Shown piece by piece: positions 27,463-37,600 of a DNA stretch of 64,000 bases. Origin of the DNA: Candidatus Saccharimonadota bacterium (lineage in GTDB: Bacteria > Patescibacteriota > Saccharimonadia > Saccharimonadales > JACDBH01). Position numbers and translations under genes: made by a program. The stretch's first letter is position 1. Every line of letters begins with the position of its first letter. The notes beneath the pieces were generated by a model, which was given only the letters and a program-made list of their open reading frames with translations, made no database searches and was not told where the DNA came from. The DNA lies in the NCBI GenBank assembly GCA_013694995.1, contig JACDBH010000004.1:128995-192994 (forward strand), given 5' to 3'.

Positions 27463-27993
27463 TTATACCGAACGGCGACGTCGAGCAGCCAGTAATGCGC
27501 TGCCTATCAGTATTAAAGTGGTCGAAGCTATTAGTTCTCCGTTCACTATTTTTTCCTGTGTACCAGTTTCGGGCAATATCACTTGCTTTGGTTTCACAAC
27601 TGCGCTCACTGTAGGTATGGTTTCCGGCGTAGAAGTAGTCGTAGTCGCTACATCACAGTCTGAAGGAAAGTAGCCGCTAACATAGAAAAAGCCATTTTTT
27701 GCACATAACTGAGTACCTACCGGCACGCCCGTATCGGCTATAGTAGTTGTAGTTTCAGGTTCGTCGTTACAATTGGCAGGAGGTTTCACCGCACCGCCAA
27801 TTGCATATAAATTACCATCGACAGGGCAAAAGACATCTCCCGCCGGTATATAGTAAAAAAAAGTTGTCGATGTTTCGGGTGGTGCGGTTGTAGTGGTAGT
27901 TGGATCAGTATCAACAGGTACAGTTAAAGGCAAGGCCTCAACGGGAGTCATTTGCCAGAGAATGTTATTAGGTAATTGATTAAAATTCTTCAT
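27463..27993 (-). CDS. Thr-rich, Cys-repeat surface protein with C-terminal LPXTG-type sorting signal (paralog A)
   Basis: LPETG, then TM segment, then RRRR; start chosen by alignment with paralog MNNFNQLP. Confidence 0.78.
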   Translation of the reverse strand: MKNFNQLPNNILWQMTPVEALPLTVPVDTDPTTTTTAPPETSTTFFYYIPAGDVFCPVDGNLYAIGGAVKPPANCNDEPETTTTIADTGVPVGTQLCAKNGFFYVSGYFPSDCDVATTTTSTPETIPTVSAVVKPKQVILPETGTQEKIVNGELIASTTLILIGSALLAARRRRSV

Positions 27994-28167
27994 TAACCAT
28001 CCTTTAATTTCATTTAACCACAGTTTCATATAAAAGTCAATAGCTTACGCTTTAAATTACATAAACACTAACATCACAGATACGTGCGTAGCTTTTACAT
28101 TTTATAATGATTGTGTTTTGTTGGCTACTGTGATATCAATATAACTAATAAGGGCGATGTTCAGCAT

Positions 28168-31100
28168 ATGTTTATGAGAAAAAAATCAAAAAAAGTTCAA
28201 ACGCAATTTAAAGAAGAACAAATCAATCCTGGCCTAATCTTGCCTACACCCATAAATCAAAGAAAGTCCCGGTTTAGACTTTATTCACCCTCAGGAAAGG
28301 GCTGGAAATCCAAAGCTTTAATTTTCATGTTAGCTTTTGGAGTTATTGGCGGCTTCTTCTTATATAGAAGCTTTGCCGAAACCCCTTATGGCGACATACT
28401 AACTGGAGCTGACCAATTGGTGTTACGGTACGAACTGCCCTACCCGCATAATTATATTGAGAACGAATTTGAACAAGTTCCGCCACCTGCCACACTTTTA
28501 TATGGAAATGGTCTAATGCTCTGCCACGAATATGAGAAGTCTCGTGCCGACACCCAAACAAGTCCGCTAATGTTTTTAAAGGAGCGTCAGCTTGCGTCGG
28601 GTGAAATTGCGATACTCGTTGATCAAATACGAGCTCTGGGCTTTGATGATATGTTTACCAGGACGCTACCTGATACTATTCCTCCGGCGGTAGACGAAAC
28701 ACCTAGCATTAGCCTGTTTACCACTAGCGGCGAAAGGGAAGTTGTTCTTTATCCTACTGAAAAGTTAGACAAATTTGATGCAATAGCTGCGCTCCTAAGC
28801 AGTGAGTGCAAAAAGGCAAAGACTGATTTTGATCCTGATGAAGTTATCTTGGAAAGTATCAAACTGCCGGATATGGCTGAAAGTACAGTGGCTACCTTGC
28901 CAAATTTGTCAGTATCAGTTGCTGAAAAGGACAACGATATCCAATCCAAAGTCCTTAGTGGCGATGAAGCTAAAAATATTAAAGGCCTAATAGCTAAAGG
29001 GAATAAAATATATAAAGCACCAGACGGCAAAAAAATTAAAGTAAGGGTAATACCGAAAGTACCCGATTACCAAATTTCGAAACGTTTCAGTAAATCTAGC
29101 GGTGGAAACGTGGCCAGTGCAGCTAATATATACAAAGTCCGTTTCGTATATATATATGCTGCTGATCAAGCTCCTCCAACCTCAGATCAACTTAGTGGCT
29201 TTGTTGAGTTGATGAACTCATTGCCGGGCTATTACAGTAACAATGTGAATAAGCCTTTTACATCCCAGGGGCTAACAGTGATGCAAGCAACCAAAAACGT
29301 GGCAGATTATCATGTATGTCCAGATAACAAATGCGTAGATACAAATACAGGTGAGTACATGGGCTCACTGGCTACATATAAAAACTTAGAACTAGATAGT
29401 AATATAAAAAAAGCTGGTATAAGTACGGTGGTAGCATATAACTGGAACTACGGGAGCGAAGTATGTAGGGGCTGGGGAGGCCCTACTCATCCTGAATCTG
29501 AATTTTTTAATTACGTTGGTGTCGAAAATTATGGTGTAGCAGCCTTTGCTGCCGCAAAGTGTATGGGATCTACTTCTCTATATCCTCCCCCGGGTAACCC
29601 AAGTCCAAATCTGAGACACAAGGTGGGCGCGCATGAAGTCGGCCATACTTTTGGGTTAGGTCATGACACAGAACTAACAATGATGCATAGGGGCGGTGTC
29701 ACTATGACTACTTTTGGTTATGGTATTCCACTGAATCCCGTCCAGGCTACCCTACTTCGTGATTTAAGCCTATTCTTTCGTGAAGAAGCTGGGGCGGTGT
29801 ATGAACCTGGACCAGTTACATCAGGTTCAACCTTTGTCTCCATAAACCCAGCACGCCTACTTGAAACACGTCCAAACCTTTCAACTGTCGATGGGAATTT
29901 TAATGGCATAAACAGCCTAGTAGCCGGCTCAACTACAAAATTACAGGTTGGTGGCCGGGCCGGAATGGCCACCAATGCTAGAGCAGCTGCGCTCAATGTT
30001 ACAGCCATTAACCCAATAGCAGCGGGTTATATGGTAGTTTTTCCATGTGATACTGGGCAACCAAAAACTTCAAACGTTAATTATAATCCTGGCATTACAG
30101 TTTCAAATTTTGTTATTTCAAGGTTAGACGGTAACGGACAGGTCTGCATATATACTAATAATGCCATAGATTTGGTAGTAGATATAAATGGGGTGTTTCC
30201 ATCTGGTTCTACTACATCATATACCAACATAAGCCCTGTCCGCATACTAGAAACGCGGGGAGGCCTATTAACTGAAGATGGGCAGTTTAATGGCATTAAC
30301 CGTTTGCCGGCAGGTTCAGTTACCCAGTTAACGGTTAATGGCCGTGTCGGTATACCCTCTAATGCTTCTGCTGTATCCTTAAATGCTACAGTTATAGATC
30401 CAGCTGCCGATGGGTTTATGGTTATTTACCCTTGCAATACCTCTCCGCCTTCTACTTCAAGTATTAACTATATGAAAAGTAGTAATATATCGAATGCTGT
30501 TATATCAAAAGTAGGCAATGGCAGTGTCTGTATCTATACCAATAACGCAATTGATCTGGTAGTTGATATTAATGGTGCGTTTAATGACTACACGTCATTT
30601 AAAAGTGTTCCGCCTAAGCGCTTACTGGAAACTAGGCCTGGGCTTATTACCTATGATGGTATTTCGCAAGGTATTAACAGGCTTGGAGCTGGCTCAATAA
30701 CCGAATTCCAGGTTGCCGGAAGGGCTGAAGTACCCAATGATGCCCTAGCAACGGCATTGAATGTTACAGTTATTAATGCCCAGTACGACGGTTTCATGAC
30801 AGTATATCCTTGTGGTATCCCTTTACCGAAGACTTCCAATGTCAACTTTAACGCCAATACCACCGTTTCTATAGCTGCATTTTCGAAAATAGGGGTAGGT
30901 AGCAGTGCTGGCAAAGTCTGCCTTTATACAAATGTTGCTACGGACGCTGTAGTTGATGTAAATGGCGCGTTTGTGATTTCAGATGGGTCGCAATCCGCTC
31001 TAACCGCGGTTGATCCTGTCGGGGTTTCTCCCGCCCCACCTACTACCGTAGTAGCCTGCCCGTCAGGCTACATAGGCACTTATCCAAACTGTGTCATACC

Positions 31101-33708
31101 AGTTCCTCCAGACACCATTGCAAGAAAGATGTTTACCTGGGTTAGTAACAGTGCAACTGCTCCAAACATTCCGGATTATCCTTACTGTGCTCGCATGGAT
31201 GCTTCTGCCACGGACCCGCATACTTGGGCTGACAACTGGCTATGCAGCCACTTCGATTATGGCTTAAGGCTTTATTTAGCTACTGCACCACTTAATCATG
31301 CCTCCCTGTATCCAACCAGTTCGATTTTCATGGCTGAGCCGGCGCATAAAGATGCAGGATGGGGCGATTCCTCAATGGGGACTACAAGGACTGCTTACTT
31401 CCTGCAATCCGACAGAAATACCCCAAGCGATTTTGTATCAAAATTTACCTGGAGCTATGTAGGTTCTACTGAGATAGCGGCAGGCTTACCTGACGCGCGC
31501 TCCTGTACTGCATGGAGTGAACCATCCGAACCAGCCAGCTCGATGTGGAGCGATAACTACCTATGTGGGCCTTGGTGGTTCCAAACTATACCCCCAACGC
31601 CACCAGTAGTCTCGATAACGGCGCCAGCTAGTAATTCTACCGTGAGCAACATTGTCACCATCAGTGCCAATGCAACTGATGCTAAAGGGATCTCAGTCGT
31701 CCAGTTCAAGTTGGATGGCAATAACCTCGGCGTCGAAGATGCGACGGCACCTTATTCGATAAACTGGGACAGTAAAACGGTGAACAGTGGCAACCATACC
31801 CTCACGGCGGTAGCGCGTAATGTCAGCGGACTTAGCACAACTTCAGCACCCGTTACAGTGAATGTCCAATTACCCCCACCACCACAAAGCACAGCACAGG
31901 GCACAATAACTAGTGCAGACTGCGCAATCATAAGGGGAACTGCCTACGATGCAGACTGGCCAGCAGGTGGAATACGAATTGATATACGAATCGATTCTTC
32001 TTACGCGTCCAATCCCCGTCCACCAGATGGAACCGTTTACACCGACTCAGCCGGTAATTGGTCTTGGTCAATCCCTAATACATCGGCTTATAAAACCAGT
32101 CGAGCTCGTTCTATATATTTTGACATATTGGGCAAAAACTCCTCAGGTGTTGGTGATGCTTGGGTAGTTGGCATTAACTCAGGTAGTCCAACTTACGGCC
32201 CTTGCCAAGTTGCAATGTGTAGTTCTATTCAAGTCAGCATGGATAATGGGGTTACATACGGAAGTAACATTGGTTATAACGGTAGCGCCAATGTCACTGG
32301 TGGTAAGGCATTCAAAGTGAAAATGGCGATGAATAACCTAGCTCCTGTGGTTGGCGGTTCTACATGGAATACAGGATCTGCCAGTCAACAGGTACATGTC
32401 GGAACAGACGGAACAGATACTAGGAATGACTTTAAGGCAATAACTGGTTTAGATTATAGGACATCCGAAAATTCACCGGCTACCGTATACCCTGGCCAAG
32501 TAGGGTACTTCGTATGGGGAATTACTGCTCCGAATGCCAACACAACGCAGTATAAAAACTACACTATGCGTTTCCAGGCTGTGCAGGAATGGGTTGAATG
32601 GTTTAATACGGCTGGTTCTTCGAATACAGGAAACTGCCAGTTTAATATAAACGTCACAGCTCCGATTATAAGCAAATGCTCGGGCGTAACAATTTATAGT
32701 GACTCAAACTTCATAGGCGGTAGTTCAATTTTAAGTGCAGGATACAGTACAACGCGGATTCCTCTTGGTAGTGATACTATCAGCTCAGCACGCATACCAA
32801 AGGGATGTAAATTACGGCTGTTCCTGAATAATGTATATAGCGGAGCAATGCATGATTTAACAAGTGATTGGCCAGGCAGTGTATCTGACCCATGGAATGA
32901 CAAAGCCTCAGCACTGCAAGTCACAGAATCAGATACGATTACGGCAACAACGCCAATAACATGTCCCTCAAATAGCGTGACGCTATTCAAAGATTCCGGT
33001 TACTTAGGGTCATCGAAAATATTAAGTAATGGTAAGTATGATGTGAGGCAGCTTTCAGGTATTGGGGATAATAGGCTAAGCTCAGTTAAAGTACCTCTTG
33101 GCTGTAAGGTTATCCTATATCAAAATAGCGGTTTTGGCGGTGCAACCAAAGTACTAAACGGCGACTGGACAAGCACTGCTGATGATCCATGGAACGATAT
33201 TACTTCTAGTATTGAAGTCAAAAACCGTGCTACGGCTGTGGCTTCGACTGAGATGTTACAGAACCCTGGGTTTGAGCAGGGCAATGTAGTTTGGACAACA
33301 TCTGTTCCGAGTGGTGTAGTGTTCAACTACAATGTGTTATCTACAGCCGGACAAGCAAAAGAAGGAACTAAGTATATGGAAGCTAACTCTACACCATATG
33401 GAGCATCGCTATATCAGGTCGTCACAGCAAATCAAGAGCCAGGTTCTACATATAGATGGTCGGCTTGGGTAAGGTCGCCATCTTGTACTCCCGTAAATGG
33501 ACATGTTACTCTTTGGAGTGTGTGGGCAACAGTCACTAATTCCTACACCGGCTTCACAGCTGATTGTACTTGGCGCCAAATAACGACCACCTTCACTGCA
33601 ACTAATACCGGGGACACACAGTTCCTGCCATATATAACGTTACTTACGGGAGGCGTAAATCTGGATATTGATTCAGCTAGCTTGGTTAAAATTAATTACG
33701 TAGAGTAA
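28168..33708 (+). CDS. giant membrane-anchored Zn-metalloprotease/adhesin (paralog A)
   Basis: N-terminal TM; HEVGHTFGLGH; 3x PxR(L/I)LETR repeats; WxDNxLC repeats; Ig-like domains; 2x beta/gamma-crystallin; C-terminal CBM-like (NPGFEQG). Start chosen from paralog MFMRK; ORF track start is 28111. Confidence 0.85.
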   Translation: MFMRKKSKKVQTQFKEEQINPGLILPTPINQRKSRFRLYSPSGKGWKSKALIFMLAFGVIGGFFLYRSFAETPYGDILTGADQLVLRYELPYPHNYIENEFEQVPPPATLLYGNGLMLCHEYEKSRADTQTSPLMFLKERQLASGEIAILVDQIRALGFDDMFTRTLPDTIPPAVDETPSISLFTTSGEREVVLYPTEKLDKFDAIAALLSSECKKAKTDFDPDEVILESIKLPDMAESTVATLPNLSVSVAEKDNDIQSKVLSGDEAKNIKGLIAKGNKIYKAPDGKKIKVRVIPKVPDYQISKRFSKSSGGNVASAANIYKVRFVYIYAADQAPPTSDQLSGFVELMNSLPGYYSNNVNKPFTSQGLTVMQATKNVADYHVCPDNKCVDTNTGEYMGSLATYKNLELDSNIKKAGISTVVAYNWNYGSEVCRGWGGPTHPESEFFNYVGVENYGVAAFAAAKCMGSTSLYPPPGNPSPNLRHKVGAHEVGHTFGLGHDTELTMMHRGGVTMTTFGYGIPLNPVQATLLRDLSLFFREEAGAVYEPGPVTSGSTFVSINPARLLETRPNLSTVDGNFNGINSLVAGSTTKLQVGGRAGMATNARAAALNVTAINPIAAGYMVVFPCDTGQPKTSNVNYNPGITVSNFVISRLDGNGQVCIYTNNAIDLVVDINGVFPSGSTTSYTNISPVRILETRGGLLTEDGQFNGINRLPAGSVTQLTVNGRVGIPSNASAVSLNATVIDPAADGFMVIYPCNTSPPSTSSINYMKSSNISNAVISKVGNGSVCIYTNNAIDLVVDINGAFNDYTSFKSVPPKRLLETRPGLITYDGISQGINRLGAGSITEFQVAGRAEVPNDALATALNVTVINAQYDGFMTVYPCGIPLPKTSNVNFNANTTVSIAAFSKIGVGSSAGKVCLYTNVATDAVVDVNGAFVISDGSQSALTAVDPVGVSPAPPTTVVACPSGYIGTYPNCVIPVPPDTIARKMFTWVSNSATAPNIPDYPYCARMDASATDPHTWADNWLCSHFDYGLRLYLATAPLNHASLYPTSSIFMAEPAHKDAGWGDSSMGTTRTAYFLQSDRNTPSDFVSKFTWSYVGSTEIAAGLPDARSCTAWSEPSEPASSMWSDNYLCGPWWFQTIPPTPPVVSITAPASNSTVSNIVTISANATDAKGISVVQFKLDGNNLGVEDATAPYSINWDSKTVNSGNHTLTAVARNVSGLSTTSAPVTVNVQLPPPPQSTAQGTITSADCAIIRGTAYDADWPAGGIRIDIRIDSSYASNPRPPDGTVYTDSAGNWSWSIPNTSAYKTSRARSIYFDILGKNSSGVGDAWVVGINSGSPTYGPCQVAMCSSIQVSMDNGVTYGSNIGYNGSANVTGGKAFKVKMAMNNLAPVVGGSTWNTGSASQQVHVGTDGTDTRNDFKAITGLDYRTSENSPATVYPGQVGYFVWGITAPNANTTQYKNYTMRFQAVQEWVEWFNTAGSSNTGNCQFNINVTAPIISKCSGVTIYSDSNFIGGSSILSAGYSTTRIPLGSDTISSARIPKGCKLRLFLNNVYSGAMHDLTSDWPGSVSDPWNDKASALQVTESDTITATTPITCPSNSVTLFKDSGYLGSSKILSNGKYDVRQLSGIGDNRLSSVKVPLGCKVILYQNSGFGGATKVLNGDWTSTADDPWNDITSSIEVKNRATAVASTEMLQNPGFEQGNVVWTTSVPSGVVFNYNVLSTAGQAKEGTKYMEANSTPYGASLYQVVTANQEPGSTYRWSAWVRSPSCTPVNGHVTLWSVWATVTNSYTGFTADCTWRQITTTFTATNTGDTQFLPYITLLTGGVNLDIDSASLVKINYVE

Positions 33709-33724
33709 GACAAGTTTTAATATA

Positions 33725-33886
33725 TGGTGCGGGTTGAAGAGACTCTCCCACGTTCCGCGGGCCCGAAACTTCATCTTTACAGGCTAGTTTGTAAGAGAAG
33801 ATTTCCTTGCGAATTGCCACCGGCAATTCTCACTCTCGACCTCGTCCTTGGCAAGGATGCGCTCTAAACAACTGAGCTAAACCCGC
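33725..33886 (-). pseudogene. tRNA-Gly(GCC) copy interrupted in the T-loop by an 86-nt structured insert
   Basis: gcgggtttagctcagttgtttagagcgcatccttGCCaaggacgaggtcgagagt-[33831..33746]-gagtctcttcaacccgcacca. Confidence 0.8.
33749..33833 (-). repeat. tRNA-associated ~86-nt structured element, copy 3
   Basis: gtgag-aattgcc/ggcaatt-cgcaagg-aaatcttc...gaagttt-cgggcc-cgcggaacgtg. Confidence 0.8.
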
Positions 33887-33922
33887 ATACTAACAGATTG
33901 AGATTATAGCGGAATTTGGGAT

Positions 33923-34501
33923 TTATACCTGACTAGGACGACGAGAACGTAAATGCATTACACCACCTAGAGCAACTAGAGCAGTTGCAAATAGTATTTC
34001 TGTGCCTATGATTTCACCTGTACCTGTAACGGGTAATGAAGTTTCTTTGGGTTTAGAAGCAACCAAGGCTATTGGCGCGATGGTAGTAGCTGGAACAACG
34101 ATTGTAGTTGTTGTGGTATCGGCCGGTGCAGCTTCAGTAGTAGGTGGTACTAGGCAGTTTTCTGGTAACTGAATATTGACATATCTAATACCGTCTGCAC
34201 AGAGAGTAGTATCAGGAGGCACTGGAGGTATACCAGTATCTACAATGACCACAGTCGTGGTAGTTGATTCTACTCCACAATCAGTAGGTAGTGGGTCACC
34301 AATAGGAATTATGGTGCCGTCCATGCAATATGTATCTCCCACAACTACCCCTGTATTCGTAGTAGGGATACTTTCGGGAGTGGTAGAGACTGGATCGGTT
34401 GGAGGAACTACATCAATAGAATGTATCAGTGATTCTAGAGAAATACCGGCACTATGGCTAAAGCTTAATTCGCTACTTGGAAGCTGGTTGAAATTATTCA
34501 T
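33923..34501 (-). CDS. Thr-rich, Cys-repeat surface protein with LPXTG-type sorting signal (paralog B)
   Basis: LPVTG, TM segment, RSRR tail; similar to 27463-27993. Confidence 0.8.
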   Translation of the reverse strand: MNNFNQLPSSELSFSHSAGISLESLIHSIDVVPPTDPVSTTPESIPTTNTGVVVGDTYCMDGTIIPIGDPLPTDCGVESTTTTVVIVDTGIPPVPPDTTLCADGIRYVNIQLPENCLVPPTTEAAPADTTTTTIVVPATTIAPIALVASKPKETSLPVTGTGEIIGTEILFATALVALGGVMHLRSRRPSQV

Positions 34502-34667
34502 GATCTACCTTTTTACAACTTGATTGTAACACACTACTGTAAAATTGTCAATAGCTTATGGTTATCCACAGCTTATCATCTTACAATTTATCAAAATAAG
34601 TATAGAAAAAGGTTGTGTTTTATATCTCAGTGTGTTTAATTGAAGGTAATTAAAAGCGTCTTATTAT

Positions 34668-37600
34668 ATGTTCATGAGGAAAAGATCGAAGAAAACTAAA
34701 ATGCCAGTAGATATGATGCAAACAGACGCACCTATAGAAGCGCCAAAAAGTGGACGCCGCCAGAAACATTTAAGCTTATATCCGGTATCAGGGAAAGGCT
34801 GGAAGCAAAAAGCAATCATATTTATGGTCGCTTTTGGAGTTATTGGCGGCTTCTTTATATATAAGAATTACGCATTAAACCAGTATGGTGATATCCCAAC
34901 TGGTGCAGATGAGCTTGTCTTAAACTATGAGCTGCCCGAAGTTTATGAGGTTTTAGAAAATGACTTTAATCAGGGTTCTGCGCCAGCCATGATGTTATAT
35001 GGCAATGGACTTATGCTTTGCGGCAACGAAACATCGGGAAAAAATCCCCAAATTAGCCCGCTTATGTCTATTAAACAGCGTCAGCTATCGCCTCTGGAAG
35101 TCACGACTTTATTTGAAAAAGTACGAGCATTGGGATTTGATAGTTTGCTTACGCGTACTTTGCCGGATTCGCCAGCGCCGCCTTTTGGTGTTACGCCTAG
35201 TCTTAGCTTGTTTACCAGCGAAGGTGAGCGGCGGTTAGTCCTAGCATTTAATGAAAAACCGGCTCAGTTTACTGCTATTACTAATTATTTGGACGATGAA
35301 TGTAAGAAAGCTAAAGAAGAATTCTATCCAGACGATGTAGTACTTGAGAGCATAAAAATTACCGAATCGGCCGAGGCTGGTTTGGAGGCACTTCCTGACA
35401 TACCTGTGCCAAATAGAGACGGTCTTGGTTCTACCAGGCTGCTGGGTGATGAGGCTATAAGGGTTAAAAGCTTAATTTCTAAAGGAAACAAGTTATATAA
35501 AACGTCAGATGGTAAAAAGATCAAAGTACGTCTATTACCAACAATTCCCGAGTACAAGATACCAAAGCTAGCTACTGCTGCCAACAGTAGCAGTAATGTT
35601 GCACACGCGGATAATTTCCGAAAAGTGCGTTTCCTGTATGTAGTTGCAGCCGATGAAGCTGTACCATCTAATGCCCAAACACAGATTAGCGAATTGGCTT
35701 CATCACTGCCGGGATATTACGAAACACAAGTTGGCAAGACATTTACAGTAGAAGGGGCGAGCGTTGTCAAGGGAAGTAAAACTGCTGCACAATACCGTGC
35801 GTGCCCCTATGCAGGTGTTGATTATGCTAAGTGTTTGGTCGATGGTATATTTGAAGATTCACTTGCCTCATATCTACACTTGCAACAAGAATTTAGAGCA
35901 GACAACTTCAGTACGATTATGATGTTAAGCTGGACAACGAGTAGATGTTTAGGAATGGGTGGCCCAACTGATCCTTTGAAAGTGGATAATGCAAATCTTG
36001 ATACGTATGGCATGGGTAGTTTCTCGGCACCTTCATGTCCTTGGGCAGGAACCAAAGAATTGCTCGGTGCTCACGAAGGTGGCCACAGTTTTGGCCTAGA
36101 ACATACCCAGGACCAAACAATTATGTCGAATGCTTACACTCCACCCAAAGGTTATGTATGGCCGCTTAAATCAAGCCAGGCTGCACTGCTAAGTAACTCC
36201 AGTCCATGGTTTAATGGTCCCACTGCGGCTGCTCCCGCTCCTGCAGCAGTCTCATCAGGCTCCACATTTATCTCCATAACTCCTGCCCGCATCCTAGAAA
36301 CACGTCCAAATCTAAGCACTGCTGATAATCAGTACAATAATACTGGCCGTCTCAAGGGAGGTATAGTTAGAGAATTACCAGTAGCTGGGCGTGTTGGTAT
36401 ACCGATCAACGCTCTAGCGGCAGCATTAAATGTTACCGTAGTTAACCCTTCAGGTGATGGCTTCGTAACGGTCTTTCCGTGTGGCACTGGCACACCAGGG
36501 ACATCAAATGTTAATTTCCGCACAGGAAACGTAATTTCTAATATGGTTATATCAAAACTAGGCGGTGGCCAGGTCTGTTTATATAGCAACGTTGATACCG
36601 ATCTGGTGGTTGACGTCAACGGAGCCTTCCCATCTGTTTCTACCGCATTTTATACTAATGTTACCCCATCACGCCTACTTGAGACGCGGCCAGGTAATTC
36701 TACTACCGATGGGCAGTTTAATAACATAGGACGTAGAGCTGGAGGAACAGTCACTGCTGTGCAGGTTAGCGGTCGTTTCGGTATCCCTTCCAATGCTTCC
36801 GCAGTATCTCTAAACGTTACGGTCATTGAGCCTTCAGCAACCGGCTACATGGTTGTATATCCGTGCGGTATACCACCTCCAACTACTTCAAGTGTTAACT
36901 ATACAGGTGGAGGAATTATCTCAAATGCAGTTATTTCGAAACTAGGCAGTGGCCAAGTCTGTATCTATACCAATAACGACACCGATCTAGTGATTGACGT
37001 TAATGGTGCCTTTAATGACGTAACATCGTTTAAGAGTGTCCCGCCAGTCCGCCTACTTGATACCCGCCCTGGTTATAGTACGGTTGACGGTGTTAGTGCA
37101 GGTATAGGGGCACGCACAGGGGGTTCAACTTATGAGCTCACAGTTGCAGGCAGGGGAGGAGTGCCTGCCGATGCAGTGTCGGTTGCGCTCAACGTTACAG
37201 TGATTAACCCTGTGGGAGATGGTTTCTTGACTGTATTCCCATGTGGCATAGGTTTGCCAAATACTTCAAATGTTAACTATAAAGCAGGCACTATTCTCTC
37301 CAATGCCGTGCTGTCTAAACTAGGCAGTAAAAAAGTCTGCATCTATACCAACAATAGTACCGATATAGTTGTAGACGTTAGTGGCGCTTTCACACTTCTG
37401 GATACGCAGCAAAGTGCAACGGCCGTAACCCCGTCGGTTACCTCGCCAACTTTAATCTCTTCCTGCCCAACCGGCTACACCGGAACCTATCCGAACTGTG
37501 TTCTTTCACGATGCCCAACCGGCTACACCGGCACCTACCCGAACTGTGTGCCTCCACCATGCCCAACCGGCTACACCGGCACCTACCCGAACTGTGTGCC

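Noticed and set aside
33746..33831. Group I or group II intron in tRNA-Gly
   Set aside because: Only 86 nt, no recognisable P7 or domain V motifs, and not in the anticodon loop; reported instead as an unknown element
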